Source: Candidatus Bathyarchaeota archaeon (GTDB taxonomy: Archaea > Thermoproteota > Bathyarchaeia > Bathyarchaeales > Bathycorpusculaceae). Taken from it: a stretch of 64,000 nt of DNA. Under the pieces are notes generated by a model. The model worked only from the letters and a program-made list of their open reading frames with translations. It searched no databases and was not told where the DNA came from. Below, piece by piece: positions 39,418 to 49,368 of this stretch (positions are counted from its first letter, which is position 1; each line of letters begins with the position of its first letter). The translations under genes and the position numbers were made by a program. Location of the stretch: the NCBI GenBank assembly GCA_963702095.1, contig OY969706.1:1952001-2016000 (forward strand), in the 5' to 3' direction.

Positions 39418-40704
39418 TTAGTTTTTCTCCGCTTTATCAAACAGTTTCGCCGCAACTTCAATGGCTTGCCTATCACCATTTTTGGCGGCTACCCTAAGAT
39501 TTTCAACTATAGGAATAAAAGTTTGCTTGAGCAAAATAGAAGTTAAATCGTTGAGAACCCCTTTTTGGCGTTCGTCAAGGTTGCCCATCATACCTATTGC
39601 AGTAAGGAGTTCTCTTTGCCGTATCTGTTCCGCTTGGGAGAGCAAGTCCGAGACAATCAAGCGCACGCTGAGGCCTTTCATGTCATCTTCGAGAACAAGG
39701 AGGTCTTTGTCTAGGATGGTTTGGGCTTTCTCGATGGCTTTCTCGCGCTGTGCCTTGTTTTTCTCAGCGATCATCTGGAGGTCGTCGATATTGTAGAGTT
39801 TGGCGCCTTCGACTTCACTGACGGTTTTTTCCACGTTGCGGGGGTTGGATATGTCGATGATTATCATGGGAGCTTTGTTTTTGCGCTGCTTCATCAACCG
39901 CGACATAATCTCTTTAGTGAGCAGGTAGTGGGGGGCTGAAGTCGAGCAGATAACCACATCTGCATCAACCATGACCTCGTCAAACTTGTCAAACTTTACC
40001 GCTTTACCCGAGAGGTCCTCTGCCAGTTTAACTGCACGGTCATAAGTGCGATTTGCTATGAAAATCGGGCTGAGGCATCGGCGTGCTAATGCTTTAGAGA
40101 CTAAGGTGCCGATTTCTCCTGCGCCCATAACGAGGATTTTTTTGTCCTCCAAATTGCCAAGCAAAGTGACTGCTAATTCTACGGCGGCGGACCCGACCGA
40201 AACTGCACCCTTGTTGATGCCGGTTTGGTTGCGGACCCGCCGACCGATTGTCATGGCTCTGTTGAAAAGGTGTTTAAGTACTGGACCTAAAGTTTTTGCG
40301 TTGTCAGCTTGAAGGTAGGCGTCCCAGGCTTGGTTGAGGATTTGGTCTTCGCCGATAACCATGGACTCCATGCCCGAGGTTACTCGGAGGAGATGGTTTA
40401 TGGCGTCGTTGTCAGACGCGGTTTCTATGGCTTTGAAGGCTTCCGCGGTGTGTTCCCCAGCTCTCTTTGCAAATAATTCCTTAGCCAATGCGGCTGTGTT
40501 TTGGGCTTCTTCTGCGACAAGATAGATTTCTATGCGGTTACAAGTCTGCAGGTACAGGCATTCCTCCACGCCTTCTATGGCGTGTAGTTCGGCAAGGGCT
40601 TGTGTTTTCTCTTTGAAGGCTACTGCTTCCATCAGCATCACACGCGCTGTCTTATGCGTGATGCGAACGTTGAGTATGTGATCCGTCTTTGCCGAGGAAT
40701 GCAT
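39418..40704 (-). CDS. hemA: glutamyl-tRNA reductase
   Basis: TCNRIE, SMVIGEDQIL, GAGEIG, NRT. Confidence 0.96.
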   Translation of the reverse strand: MHSSAKTDHILNVRITHKTARVMLMEAVAFKEKTQALAELHAIEGVEECLYLQTCNRIEIYLVAEEAQNTAALAKELFAKRAGEHTAEAFKAIETASDNDAINHLLRVTSGMESMVIGEDQILNQAWDAYLQADNAKTLGPVLKHLFNRAMTIGRRVRNQTGINKGAVSVGSAAVELAVTLLGNLEDKKILVMGAGEIGTLVSKALARRCLSPIFIANRTYDRAVKLAEDLSGKAVKFDKFDEVMVDADVVICSTSAPHYLLTKEIMSRLMKQRKNKAPMIIIDISNPRNVEKTVSEVEGAKLYNIDDLQMIAEKNKAQREKAIEKAQTILDKDLLVLEDDMKGLSVRLIVSDLLSQAEQIRQRELLTAIGMMGNLDERQKGVLNDLTSILLKQTFIPIVENLRVAAKNGDRQAIEVAAKLFDKAEKN

Positions 40705-40767
40705 GGTTGGATAAACCGACCGGCTTAAATATAAGGTTTACTCGTAAATAGCCGATGGCGCTCTTCG

Positions 40768-42333
40768 ATGATTTTACGTCACAAAATAGGCTTAGTTTAC
40801 CTCCCAGGCGCACTTCCCTGCTTTGAAGACTTCGGAAACCTCCCAACAAACCTCGTTTGCGCCGACGCCTTAGTCGACGGCAAACCCGCTTCAGAGGTTT
40901 TAGACATGCTCATCATTCCAGGCGGCAGCTTAGTAGAATCTGGAAGCATCAACCCACAAGTCACCAAAGAAATCATAAAAATGGCTGAATCCGGCAAGTA
41001 CGTGCTGGGTATCTGCTCGGGCTTCCAAGTTTTAGCTAAAGAAACCGATGTGGGGCGCCTCTCCACAATTCCAATCACCCGAGAAGGCCTCGGCTTATTA
41101 GATGCAGAGTTTTCTCCACTTATCTGCACCGACCGTGTAACCGCCGACATCGTGGACACAAGCTTTCTCACCAAAGAAGTCGGCAAACAAGTAACAGGGT
41201 TCCACTGCCACACCTACGGAGAAATAAAACTGGGAGGCGACGCCAAACCCATCCTTATCACCCACGCCCAGCACGTTAACTATTTTGTGAGGGGCAAAGA
41301 TTTGGTGTCAGGCGTTTCAAATAAAGACGGCAACGTAGTGGGCGTCTTCATCCATGGTTTACTGGATAATAACCCAACAATCACTGGGAGCATCATAGAA
41401 TCGCTTGACCTAAACCAAACCGACCTCGCGGCAATTAAGGAGGCTAACGCTAAGCTTCTGGAGAAAATTAAAGGCGAAGTCGGCGTCTCCACCGGCATAC
41501 ACCAACAGCCCCCCATCGTGAGCAAAGTGCCAAAACTTTTGTTGGTGACAGCGTTAGCCAGTGGTTCAGGAAAAACTTTTGTGGTAACAGGAATCGCTGG
41601 AGCCTTAAAGAAATGCGGGTACAAAGTCGGCGTAATCAAAGTGGGCGGAGACATCCGAGATGCTGTTCCCTCACTTTACCTGATTAAGGAACCCATGAGA
41701 GAGTACTCCTCCATCAAGGTTGGGCAAAGCGGCTGGATGTCGCCCGAACAAGCAGTCAAAGAGGCAGCTAAAGACTACAATTTCTTGCTTGTTGAAGGCG
41801 CCATGAGTGCCTTCACCGGGTTACTAAACACCAAATATACTCGGCCCATGTCAACTGTTGAAGTAGCCGCCGCTTTAGGTGCCTCAACTGTTCTGGTGGT
41901 GGCATGCGACCAAGAAGGCTTAGAAGGCGCCTTGCTCGACACACTCAACAACATTGTTGCCCTAAGAAGCTTAGGTGTAAACACGACCGGCGTCATATTA
42001 AACAAACTCCACATCAGCTACATGACTAAAGAAACCGTGGCTATGATGAAGGATGCTTTCGCAAAAGTGGGCGTGCAACTGCTGGGTATGCTTCCACGTC
42101 TGGATTTGCAGCACCGGGGAATGATTCCGGAAGTGGAAATTCGCTATGACGATTTCTGCGCACAAGCAGTTGAAACCGTCGAAAAATGTCTTAACTTAGA
42201 TTTGCTAACGGAGGTGGCTGCACCGCCTAAACTCGCCAAAATCGACTATGACGCTTTGACTGCTAAATTCAAAAACCTCTTAACCAACTACACCATTAAC
42301 GCTTCCAAAGGTGGCAAACAAGAAAAGTGTTAA
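40768..42333 (+). CDS. cobyrinate amidase-family protein (CbiA/CobB-CobQ) with permuted domain order
   Basis: N-terminal GATase (PGGS, GICSGFQ, IHG); C-terminal synthetase (SGSGKT, KVGGD, VEG). Confidence 0.85.
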   Translation: MILRHKIGLVYLPGALPCFEDFGNLPTNLVCADALVDGKPASEVLDMLIIPGGSLVESGSINPQVTKEIIKMAESGKYVLGICSGFQVLAKETDVGRLSTIPITREGLGLLDAEFSPLICTDRVTADIVDTSFLTKEVGKQVTGFHCHTYGEIKLGGDAKPILITHAQHVNYFVRGKDLVSGVSNKDGNVVGVFIHGLLDNNPTITGSIIESLDLNQTDLAAIKEANAKLLEKIKGEVGVSTGIHQQPPIVSKVPKLLLVTALASGSGKTFVVTGIAGALKKCGYKVGVIKVGGDIRDAVPSLYLIKEPMREYSSIKVGQSGWMSPEQAVKEAAKDYNFLLVEGAMSAFTGLLNTKYTRPMSTVEVAAALGASTVLVVACDQEGLEGALLDTLNNIVALRSLGVNTTGVILNKLHISYMTKETVAMMKDAFAKVGVQLLGMLPRLDLQHRGMIPEVEIRYDDFCAQAVETVEKCLNLDLLTEVAAPPKLAKIDYDALTAKFKNLLTNYTINASKGGKQEKC

Positions 42334-42981
42334 TCGACCTAAAACTCGAAGGCAAAACCGTCATGGTAGTCGGCGGAGGCGCAGAAGCCCACCGCAAACT
42401 CCAAAGCATAATCGGCTCAGGCGCTAAAGTCTGGGTGATAAGCCGAGAATTCTCCGACGAAGTTAAGAAACTCGGCGAGGAAAAGAAGGTTGCCTTGCTC
42501 AAGACAGGCATCAAAGACGCCCAAGCCTTCGTGGACAGCCTCAGCCCAAAACCCTACATACTCTTAGCCGCCACCAACGACAGCGGCCTTCAACTTGGGG
42601 TTGGTTAAAGCCGCCAAATACTACGACTGCATGGTTTATGCGGTGGATAATCCGCAACTGAGCGATTTCATTTTGCCTGCAGTGGCGCATGTAGGCGATG
42701 TGAAAGTGGCTGTTTCCACAGGGGGCAAAAGCCCAGCGATGGCACATGTGCTCCGCGAAAGGATAGAGAAACTAGTCACTCCGCAAGACCTACTTGAAAT
42801 CGAATTACAAGAAAAAGCCAGAACCGCCCTCAAAACCAAGATCTCCGACCCAAGTCTGAGAAGTAAATTGTTATATGAGATATTGAATAACGTAGACATC
42901 AAGCGTGCCCTCTCAGAAGGTAAGCTGACTGAGGCAGAAGAATTAGCTACCAAACGCATCGAAGGAGAAACAAGACAATGA
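42327..42981 (+). CDS. sirC: precorrin-2 dehydrogenase (SirC/CysG N-terminal type), frameshift near 42597
   Basis: VVGGG..A..K, AATND, VDNP..SDF..PA, STGGKSP; split across two ORFs. Confidence 0.88.
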
Positions 42982-43952
42982 GTTTTCCAACTGTACGAAT
43001 GAGAAGACTACGCAGAACCCAAGCCCTGCGCGATATGCTTAACCAGATTACACTCAACCCAGCGCACCTGATTTACCCCATCTTTGTTGAAGAAGGCATC
43101 AAGAAGCCTGTTCCAATCGCGTCTATGCCAGGCTACGCCCGACTGCCCCTCTCCATGGTTGCGGAAGAAGGCAAAGCAGCGTTGGCACAGGGCGTCAAAA
43201 GCGTGCTCCTATTCGGCATACCCGCCAAAAAAGACCAAGAAGGCACCTCAGCCTACGCCCAAAACGGCATAGTGCAGCAAGCCATCCGCGAACTCAAGAA
43301 AGCCCATGGAGACGAACTCGTCGTCATCGGCGACGTTTGCCTCTGCGAGTACATGAGCCACGGTCACTGCGGTATCGTCAAAAACGGTGAAGTACAAAAT
43401 GACTCTACATTGGAGTTACTGGGAAGAATTGCTGTAAGCTATGCCGAAGCAGGTATCGACATCGTTGCGCCCTCTGCGATGATGGATGGTCAAATCATGG
43501 CTATCCGCGAGGCACTTGATGAAACTGGGCACGAGAACAGCCCAATCATGGCATATGCCGCCAAATATGCTTCGGGCTTCTATGGACCCTTCCGTGAAGC
43601 AGTTGAGTCCACGCCTAAATTTGGAGACCGACGCAGTTACCAGATGAGCCAAAGCAGCCCAGAGGAGGCGTTGCGTGAAATGGAACTTGATGTTGCAGAA
43701 GGCGCCGACATGATAATGGTCAAACCCGCCTTGGCATACCTCGACATCATCGCCTTAGCCAAAGCCAACTTTAATGTACCAGTCGTTGCCTACAACGTCA
43801 GCGGCGAATACAGCATGGTCAAAGCTGCAGCTGCCAACGGGTGGATAGACGAAAAAACCATCATCCGCGAAATCCTTGTCGCTATGAAACGCGCCGGCGC
43901 CGACCTAATCATCACTTACCACGCTAAAGACGCAAAATCCTGGTTGACATAA
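42978..43952 (+). CDS. hemB: porphobilinogen synthase
   Basis: RMRRLR, DVCLCEY..HGHCG, FYGPFREA, MVKP. Confidence 0.97.
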   Translation: MSFPTVRMRRLRRTQALRDMLNQITLNPAHLIYPIFVEEGIKKPVPIASMPGYARLPLSMVAEEGKAALAQGVKSVLLFGIPAKKDQEGTSAYAQNGIVQQAIRELKKAHGDELVVIGDVCLCEYMSHGHCGIVKNGEVQNDSTLELLGRIAVSYAEAGIDIVAPSAMMDGQIMAIREALDETGHENSPIMAYAAKYASGFYGPFREAVESTPKFGDRRSYQMSQSSPEEALREMELDVAEGADMIMVKPALAYLDIIALAKANFNVPVVAYNVSGEYSMVKAAAANGWIDEKTIIREILVAMKRAGADLIITYHAKDAKSWLT

Positions 43953-43953
43953 C

Positions 43954-45255
43954 TTGACTGAACCCAAATCCAAAGTGCTCTTTGAGAGAGCCAAAAAAGT
44001 CTTGCCCGGCGGAGTAAACAGCCCCGTCCGCGCATTCGACCCCTACCCCTTCTTCGTCGAATCCGCTTCAGGAAGCAAACTATACAGTGTAGACGGCAAA
44101 ACATACGTTGACTACTGCATGTCTTACGGTGCCTTGCTTTTGGGTCACGCATTCCCAGAAGTCATGGAAGCTGTGAGGGCACAACTTGCCAAAGGCACAC
44201 TCTACGGCGCCCCAACCGAACTCGAAATCCAGTTTGCCGAACTCATAGGCAAAGCCTCGTCCTGTATGGAGATGCTGCGTCTCGTCAGCACGGGCACAGA
44301 AGCCACCATGCACGCCATCCGGGCAGCCAGAGGCTACACCGGCCGCAAAAAAATCGTTAAATTCGACGGTTGCTTCCATGGCAGCCACGACAACGTCTTG
44401 GTCAAAGCGGGGTCAGGCGCAGCCACTTTTGGCACCCCCAACTCATTGGGCATCCCCGAGGAAACAACCCGCAACACTATCGTGCTGCCCTACAACGACG
44501 TGGAAGCGCTCGAAGCCACTTTCAAAGCGGAAGGCAACGACATCGCAGCAGTCATCATCGAGCCGGTGTTGGGAAACGTGGGTTTGATTCTGCCCAAAAA
44601 AGATTATTTGCAAAACTTAAGAAAAATCACCGCTTCAAACGGCACCGTTTTGATTTTCGACGAAATCATCACAGGCTTCCGACTGGCCCTCGGCGGCGCA
44701 CAGGAGTTCTTCCGCGTTAAACCCGACATGGCAACCTTAGGCAAGGTTTTGGGCGGTGGTTTTCCGTTGGCGGCGTTTGGCGGCAAAAAAGAAATCATGC
44801 AAACCATAAGCCCCGTCGGCAAAGTCTACCAGGCGGGCACTTTTAGCGGCAACCCCGTCTCAGCCACCGCAGGCTACACCATCCTCAATTACCTAACCAA
44901 GAACAAGAGCCAAATCTACCCTAAACTCCAAAAAAACGCCTCCGAACTCACCAAAGCCCTAACCGACCTAGCCACAGCCCACAATGTACCCGCACAAGCC
45001 TACAATGTTGCCAGCATGTACCAAATCTTCTTCACCTACAAACCCGTCGTCGACTACGCCTGCGCCAAAACCTCAGACACAACCATGTTCACCACGTACT
45101 TCCAAACCCTACTCAAAGAAGGCGTATTCATTCCACCCTCCCAATATGAAACCTGTTTTGTCTCCGCAGCACACACTGAGGAAGACCTCAAATTCACCAT
45201 CGGCGCCTTCGACAAAGCCTTAGCAGCGGCGGGTAAACTGAGGAAACAGGCATGA
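43954..45255 (+). CDS. hemL: glutamate-1-semialdehyde aminomutase
   Basis: PGGVNSPVRAF, FDEIITGFR, YQAGTFSGNP. Confidence 0.97.
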   Translation: MTEPKSKVLFERAKKVLPGGVNSPVRAFDPYPFFVESASGSKLYSVDGKTYVDYCMSYGALLLGHAFPEVMEAVRAQLAKGTLYGAPTELEIQFAELIGKASSCMEMLRLVSTGTEATMHAIRAARGYTGRKKIVKFDGCFHGSHDNVLVKAGSGAATFGTPNSLGIPEETTRNTIVLPYNDVEALEATFKAEGNDIAAVIIEPVLGNVGLILPKKDYLQNLRKITASNGTVLIFDEIITGFRLALGGAQEFFRVKPDMATLGKVLGGGFPLAAFGGKKEIMQTISPVGKVYQAGTFSGNPVSATAGYTILNYLTKNKSQIYPKLQKNASELTKALTDLATAHNVPAQAYNVASMYQIFFTYKPVVDYACAKTSDTTMFTTYFQTLLKEGVFIPPSQYETCFVSAAHTEEDLKFTIGAFDKALAAAGKLRKQA

Positions 45256-46187
45256 AGTTGAAAGTTGGCACAAGGGGCAGTAAACTCGCGTTAGCACAGA
45301 CAAACCGCACGCTTGAGTGGATTAAAGCCAAAAACCCCAAGGTAGAGTTCGAACTGAAAATCATCCACACAATCGGCGACAAAGAACACGGCAAACCCCT
45401 CTTCAGCATCGACTGCAAAGGGATATTTGAGAAGGAAATCGATCAGGAAGTTGTTGCAGGCGAAATTGACTTTGCAGTGCATAGCTTAAAAGACGTGCCC
45501 ATTGTGGAGCAGCAGAGTGGCACGGTTTTAGCCTCAATTCCCAAACGAGACTCACCCCACGACGTGTTCATCTCCAAAAACAAGGTTCCGCTAACAAAGT
45601 TGCCCCAAGGCGCCGTGGTTGGTACAGGCAGCCTCCGCCGCCTCGCAGAAATCAAGTACATCCGCCCCGACCTCCAAGTGGAACCCATCAGGGGCAATGT
45701 GGACACACGCATCGGCAAAGTCCGCAAAGGCGACCTCGCAGGCATAGTCATCGCCGAAGCTGGGCTGGAACGCATGGACATCACCAGTGAAATCACAGAG
45801 CGACTCCGCCTCAACGAGTTTCCCTCTGCAGCTGGACAAGGCGCCATTGCAATCGTCGCCAAAGAAGACAACACCGAAGTAATCAAGCTCCTTCAATCAG
45901 TCGAGGATAACGCCAGCCGAGCCGAAATCACCGCTGAACGCAGCCTTGTCCTCAAGTTGGAAGGCGGATGCCGCGTGCCCATCGGTGCAGTCGCCAAAGC
46001 AGACGGCGACAACCTTAGCCTCCACGGCTGTGTGTTCTCGCTGGAGGGGGGCAAAAAAATATTTGCCCAAGCAGAAGGCACAATTTCTCAGGGAGTAGAT
46101 TTGGGCAGAAAAGTGGGCGAAGACCTAATAGCGCAGGGCGCAAAAGACTTCGAAAAGGAATGGAGAGAAAAATATGGCGTATGGTAA
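45252..46187 (+). CDS. hemC: hydroxymethylbilane synthase
   Basis: GTRGSKLALAQ, AVHSLKDVP, IRGNVDTR, EGGC. Confidence 0.97.
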   Translation: MKLKVGTRGSKLALAQTNRTLEWIKAKNPKVEFELKIIHTIGDKEHGKPLFSIDCKGIFEKEIDQEVVAGEIDFAVHSLKDVPIVEQQSGTVLASIPKRDSPHDVFISKNKVPLTKLPQGAVVGTGSLRRLAEIKYIRPDLQVEPIRGNVDTRIGKVRKGDLAGIVIAEAGLERMDITSEITERLRLNEFPSAAGQGAIAIVAKEDNTEVIKLLQSVEDNASRAEITAERSLVLKLEGGCRVPIGAVAKADGDNLSLHGCVFSLEGGKKIFAQAEGTISQGVDLGRKVGEDLIAQGAKDFEKEWREKYGVW

Positions 46188-46929
46188 AGTTTTCCTTGTC
46201 GGCGCAGGCCCCGGCGACCCCCAACTACTCACAATCAAAGCCGTTAAAGTGCTAAAGGAAGCAGACGTAGTAATCTACGACCGACTGGGCGTCAGCGCGG
46301 ATGTGCTTTGTTTAGTGCCCGATGACGCCGAACGCATTTTTGTGGGCAAACGCACGGGCATCCATGAGGTGCCACAGGACAAAATCACTGAACTCATCAT
46401 CGAGAAAGCCAAGGAGGGCGGCAACGTGGTGCGGCTCAAAGGCGGCGACCCCTTCATCTTCGGACGGGGCGGCGAAGAAGCCGAGGCACTCGTCGCGGAA
46501 GGCATCGAATTCGAAGTGGTGCCCGGAGTCAGCTCGTCGGTTGCGGCTCCGATGTATGCGGGTATACCGTTGACTCACCGTGACTACGCTGCGTCAGTTG
46601 CCATCATAACGGGGCACCGTGCGGGAGACTCCGAGAAACCTATCGACTGGGTGAAAATCGCCAACGCCGTCGACACCATGGTCATCTTGATGGGCGTCGA
46701 ATCGCTGGAGGGCATTGTGGGGAAGCTACTGACAGGCGGCATATCTCCAAGCAAGCCAGTCGCAATGGTTGAATCAGGCACTCTTCCACAGCAACGCACC
46801 TTAATCGCCAATTTAGGCACCATCATCAAAGAAGCCGAGGAGAAGCAGATCAAGCCGCCCTCAGTCATAGTTATCGGTGAAGTCGCCAATTTAGGCAGGA
46901 AACTGGCATGGTTCAAAGAACCCCTCTGA
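46174..46929 (+). CDS. cobA: uroporphyrinogen-III C-methyltransferase
   Basis: GAGPGDP, YDRL, RLKGGDPFIFGRGGEE, GIPLTHR. Confidence 0.96.
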   Translation: MAYGKVFLVGAGPGDPQLLTIKAVKVLKEADVVIYDRLGVSADVLCLVPDDAERIFVGKRTGIHEVPQDKITELIIEKAKEGGNVVRLKGGDPFIFGRGGEEAEALVAEGIEFEVVPGVSSSVAAPMYAGIPLTHRDYAASVAIITGHRAGDSEKPIDWVKIANAVDTMVILMGVESLEGIVGKLLTGGISPSKPVAMVESGTLPQQRTLIANLGTIIKEAEEKQIKPPSVIVIGEVANLGRKLAWFKEPL

Positions 46930-47732
46930 GCGGCAGAGTCATCGCCATCACCCGCCCCATGGGGCAAGCTGAAGAAGCAGGCGAACTCATACGCGCTAAA
47001 GGCGGCGTCCCCTACTACATACCCGCCATAGAAATCAAGCCCCTAAACAAGCCGGAGCCCATGAAGAAATTCATCGCCGAACTCCAAGAAGGCACTGTGG
47101 ACTATGTTATTTTGATGAGTACCAACGGCGTCAAGTATCTTTTTAGCGCCGCTGAAGATTTGAAGCTAACTATGCAACTTCGCGAGGGCTTAGCCAAAAC
47201 CTTCGTCATCGCAGTCGGTCCCAAAACCGCAGAAGCCATAAAAGAAACAGGCGTCCACGTGGATTTGGTGCCTCAAAAATACAGTGGCGAAGGCTTACTT
47301 GAAGCCCTAAAAGACACCGACGTTGCGGGTAAAAAAATCCGTATGCCAAGAACCAGCAATGCGCCTCCAACGCTAAGCCAAGCCCTCAAAGCCAGAGGCG
47401 CTGACGTGGAAGAGATTTACGTGTACGAGTCGGGTTTGCCCGTGGATGAGGCGTTGAAAACCAAATTCTACGACGACCTCACAGGCGGACGCATAGATGC
47501 AGTTCTATTCGGCAGCGGGCTAAGCGCCAAAAACATCTTCAAAATGCTCACCGAAAAAGCATCCATGGAGCAACTAAGAAAGGTCCTCGCCGAAAAAGTC
47601 ACCGTCGTCGCCATCGGACCCACAACCGCCGAAGCCCTAAAAGAACTCCAAGTCAAAGTAGACGTGATGCCGGACGACTACCTCTTTGATAAAGCCCTCG
47701 ACGCCCTTGCCGACTACTGGGCAGAGTGTTAG
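46908..47732 (+). CDS. hemD: uroporphyrinogen-III synthase
   Basis: ITRP, S.NGV, VGPKTA, IGPTTA. Confidence 0.93.
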   Translation: MVQRTPLSGRVIAITRPMGQAEEAGELIRAKGGVPYYIPAIEIKPLNKPEPMKKFIAELQEGTVDYVILMSTNGVKYLFSAAEDLKLTMQLREGLAKTFVIAVGPKTAEAIKETGVHVDLVPQKYSGEGLLEALKDTDVAGKKIRMPRTSNAPPTLSQALKARGADVEEIYVYESGLPVDEALKTKFYDDLTGGRIDAVLFGSGLSAKNIFKMLTEKASMEQLRKVLAEKVTVVAIGPTTAEALKELQVKVDVMPDDYLFDKALDALADYWAEC

Positions 47733-49015
47733 TCGGTTTTTATTTCGATGTTTATGCGGCGGATTATGGGGATAGCTAACGCCGTGATAACCGCAGCCAA
47801 AGCAAAACCTACCGCGTAGCCGAATGTGCCTATGACGACTCCGCCGATAAGCGCCCCCAAAACGTTTGCCAACGAAACCACCGCCAACAACTCACCCTGT
47901 ACAGTGCCCTTTTTGTTATATTGTGCCTGTGAAATCGCAAAACACATAATTGGGTACCAAACAAGCGCGTAGCAAATCAGAAAAAGAATCTCGAAGATTA
48001 ATGGAAAAATAAACGCGAAAGACACTTGGGTCAATAAAAACACGGTTAAACCCGCCCAAGACAGGATAATCACTGACCGCGACGCCATCATCAAAGTCAT
48101 CAGCCGCTGATACTCCAACTTCACTCTGGGCATCAAACTTGAAAAGGAAAAAACCGTTGCAACGTTTTCAGCTACGGTGATGGAGAGGATAAAGCTTGCA
48201 GACAACCCGATGGCGCTCATAAACGGCACCTCACCGACACTGTAAGCGTAGACCCCTGTCCAATGAATTAGGCAAGCAATGAATAGCAGATGTAGTGGTT
48301 TGAGGCGGCGTAGGCTCTTGGGCACCCTGATTTTTCTTATGTCAAAATATTCGAGCACCGACATCGATGTTGGCTGCTCCTCATCCTGCACGTTGATTAT
48401 GGCGTAGGCTTCGCGTTCCAGAGGCAACATTGGCTCCTTGGCAGTGCGCCAAAGAATCAACGCTGAGCCCACACAGAACCACGCAGCTAAATAAAGCACC
48501 CAACTCAGCGGAATCACCAATGTTATTAGGCTGTTGACGACTAAGCCTATGATGACGCCTAGGTTCCAGTAAGAGTTGTATTTGATGATTTCTTTCTGCC
48601 AGTCTTTGCCTTCGCGGGACTCGACGGCGTACATGGCAGCGATGGGTTGGATGCCAGCAGTAAACACCGCCAAAACCGTATAGAGCAAAATAAGCTGCCA
48701 CACTGCCCCAGCTAAACCAAGTAGGACAAACACGGGTGCAGAAGCCAAAAAGAGCACCAGCATAAACCGAACGCGTAACCCATAATAGTCTGATAATCTG
48801 CCCCATGCAATCGACATGACTATGGTGGCCCCTGAACTGGCTGCGATGATTAAACCGATTTCAAAGAGGCTGGCGCCCAGTGACAGCGCCGCAAGCGTGA
48901 TTACAACTCGTATGGAGCCCACTGCCATGTTGATGGGAACCAAAGAAAAATACCATTTAGAAGAGTTGCGGCTGATTCGGCGGATAGAACACATAAAATC
49001 CCAGAGCGCCAACAT
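47729..49015 (-). CDS. MFS transporter
   Basis: WGRLSDYYGLR motif A; about 12 TM segments. Confidence 0.88.
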   Translation of the reverse strand: MLALWDFMCSIRRISRNSSKWYFSLVPINMAVGSIRVVITLAALSLGASLFEIGLIIAASSGATIVMSIAWGRLSDYYGLRVRFMLVLFLASAPVFVLLGLAGAVWQLILLYTVLAVFTAGIQPIAAMYAVESREGKDWQKEIIKYNSYWNLGVIIGLVVNSLITLVIPLSWVLYLAAWFCVGSALILWRTAKEPMLPLEREAYAIINVQDEEQPTSMSVLEYFDIRKIRVPKSLRRLKPLHLLFIACLIHWTGVYAYSVGEVPFMSAIGLSASFILSITVAENVATVFSFSSLMPRVKLEYQRLMTLMMASRSVIILSWAGLTVFLLTQVSFAFIFPLIFEILFLICYALVWYPIMCFAISQAQYNKKGTVQGELLAVVSLANVLGALIGGVVIGTFGYAVGFALAAVITALAIPIIRRINIEIKTD

Positions 49016-49167
49016 CGAGGCGGGCTCAAATATACGTTTACTGTGAAGCTTAATTTCTCTTTAGCAACACTGTTGCTGTGCCTATACAGCCACTTACGTT
49101 TAAGATGCTCAACCGCCAACCAATAAAATGGATGAATCGTCTTTTTTGATTTTTAGGAGGTGGAATT

Positions 49168-49365
49168 ATGGAAGCAGCAGATAAAACAGGTAAAATCAAG
49201 TTGACCATGGAGTTAGAAATTAACCCTGCCGCCATGGAGCTCATTAAAGAAAACATGTCCAACATGATGGAGATGGCTCAGCAGTGGCGACAGAACATGG
49301 GTCAAGGCGGCAAAGGAAAGATGGGCGAAGGACACATGGGCATGATGCATCATGGCTCAGAATAG
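49168..49365 (+). CDS. small Met-rich protein with Met/His/Gly tail
   Basis: GGAGGTG upstream; ends GKMGEGHMGMMHHGSE. Confidence 0.7.
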   Translation: MEAADKTGKIKLTMELEINPAAMELIKENMSNMMEMAQQWRQNMGQGGKGKMGEGHMGMMHHGSE

Positions 49366-49368
49366 CCG

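Noticed and set aside
33493-46967. Many long antisense ORFs in the cbi/hem cluster
   Set aside because: Shadow frames of well-supported genes
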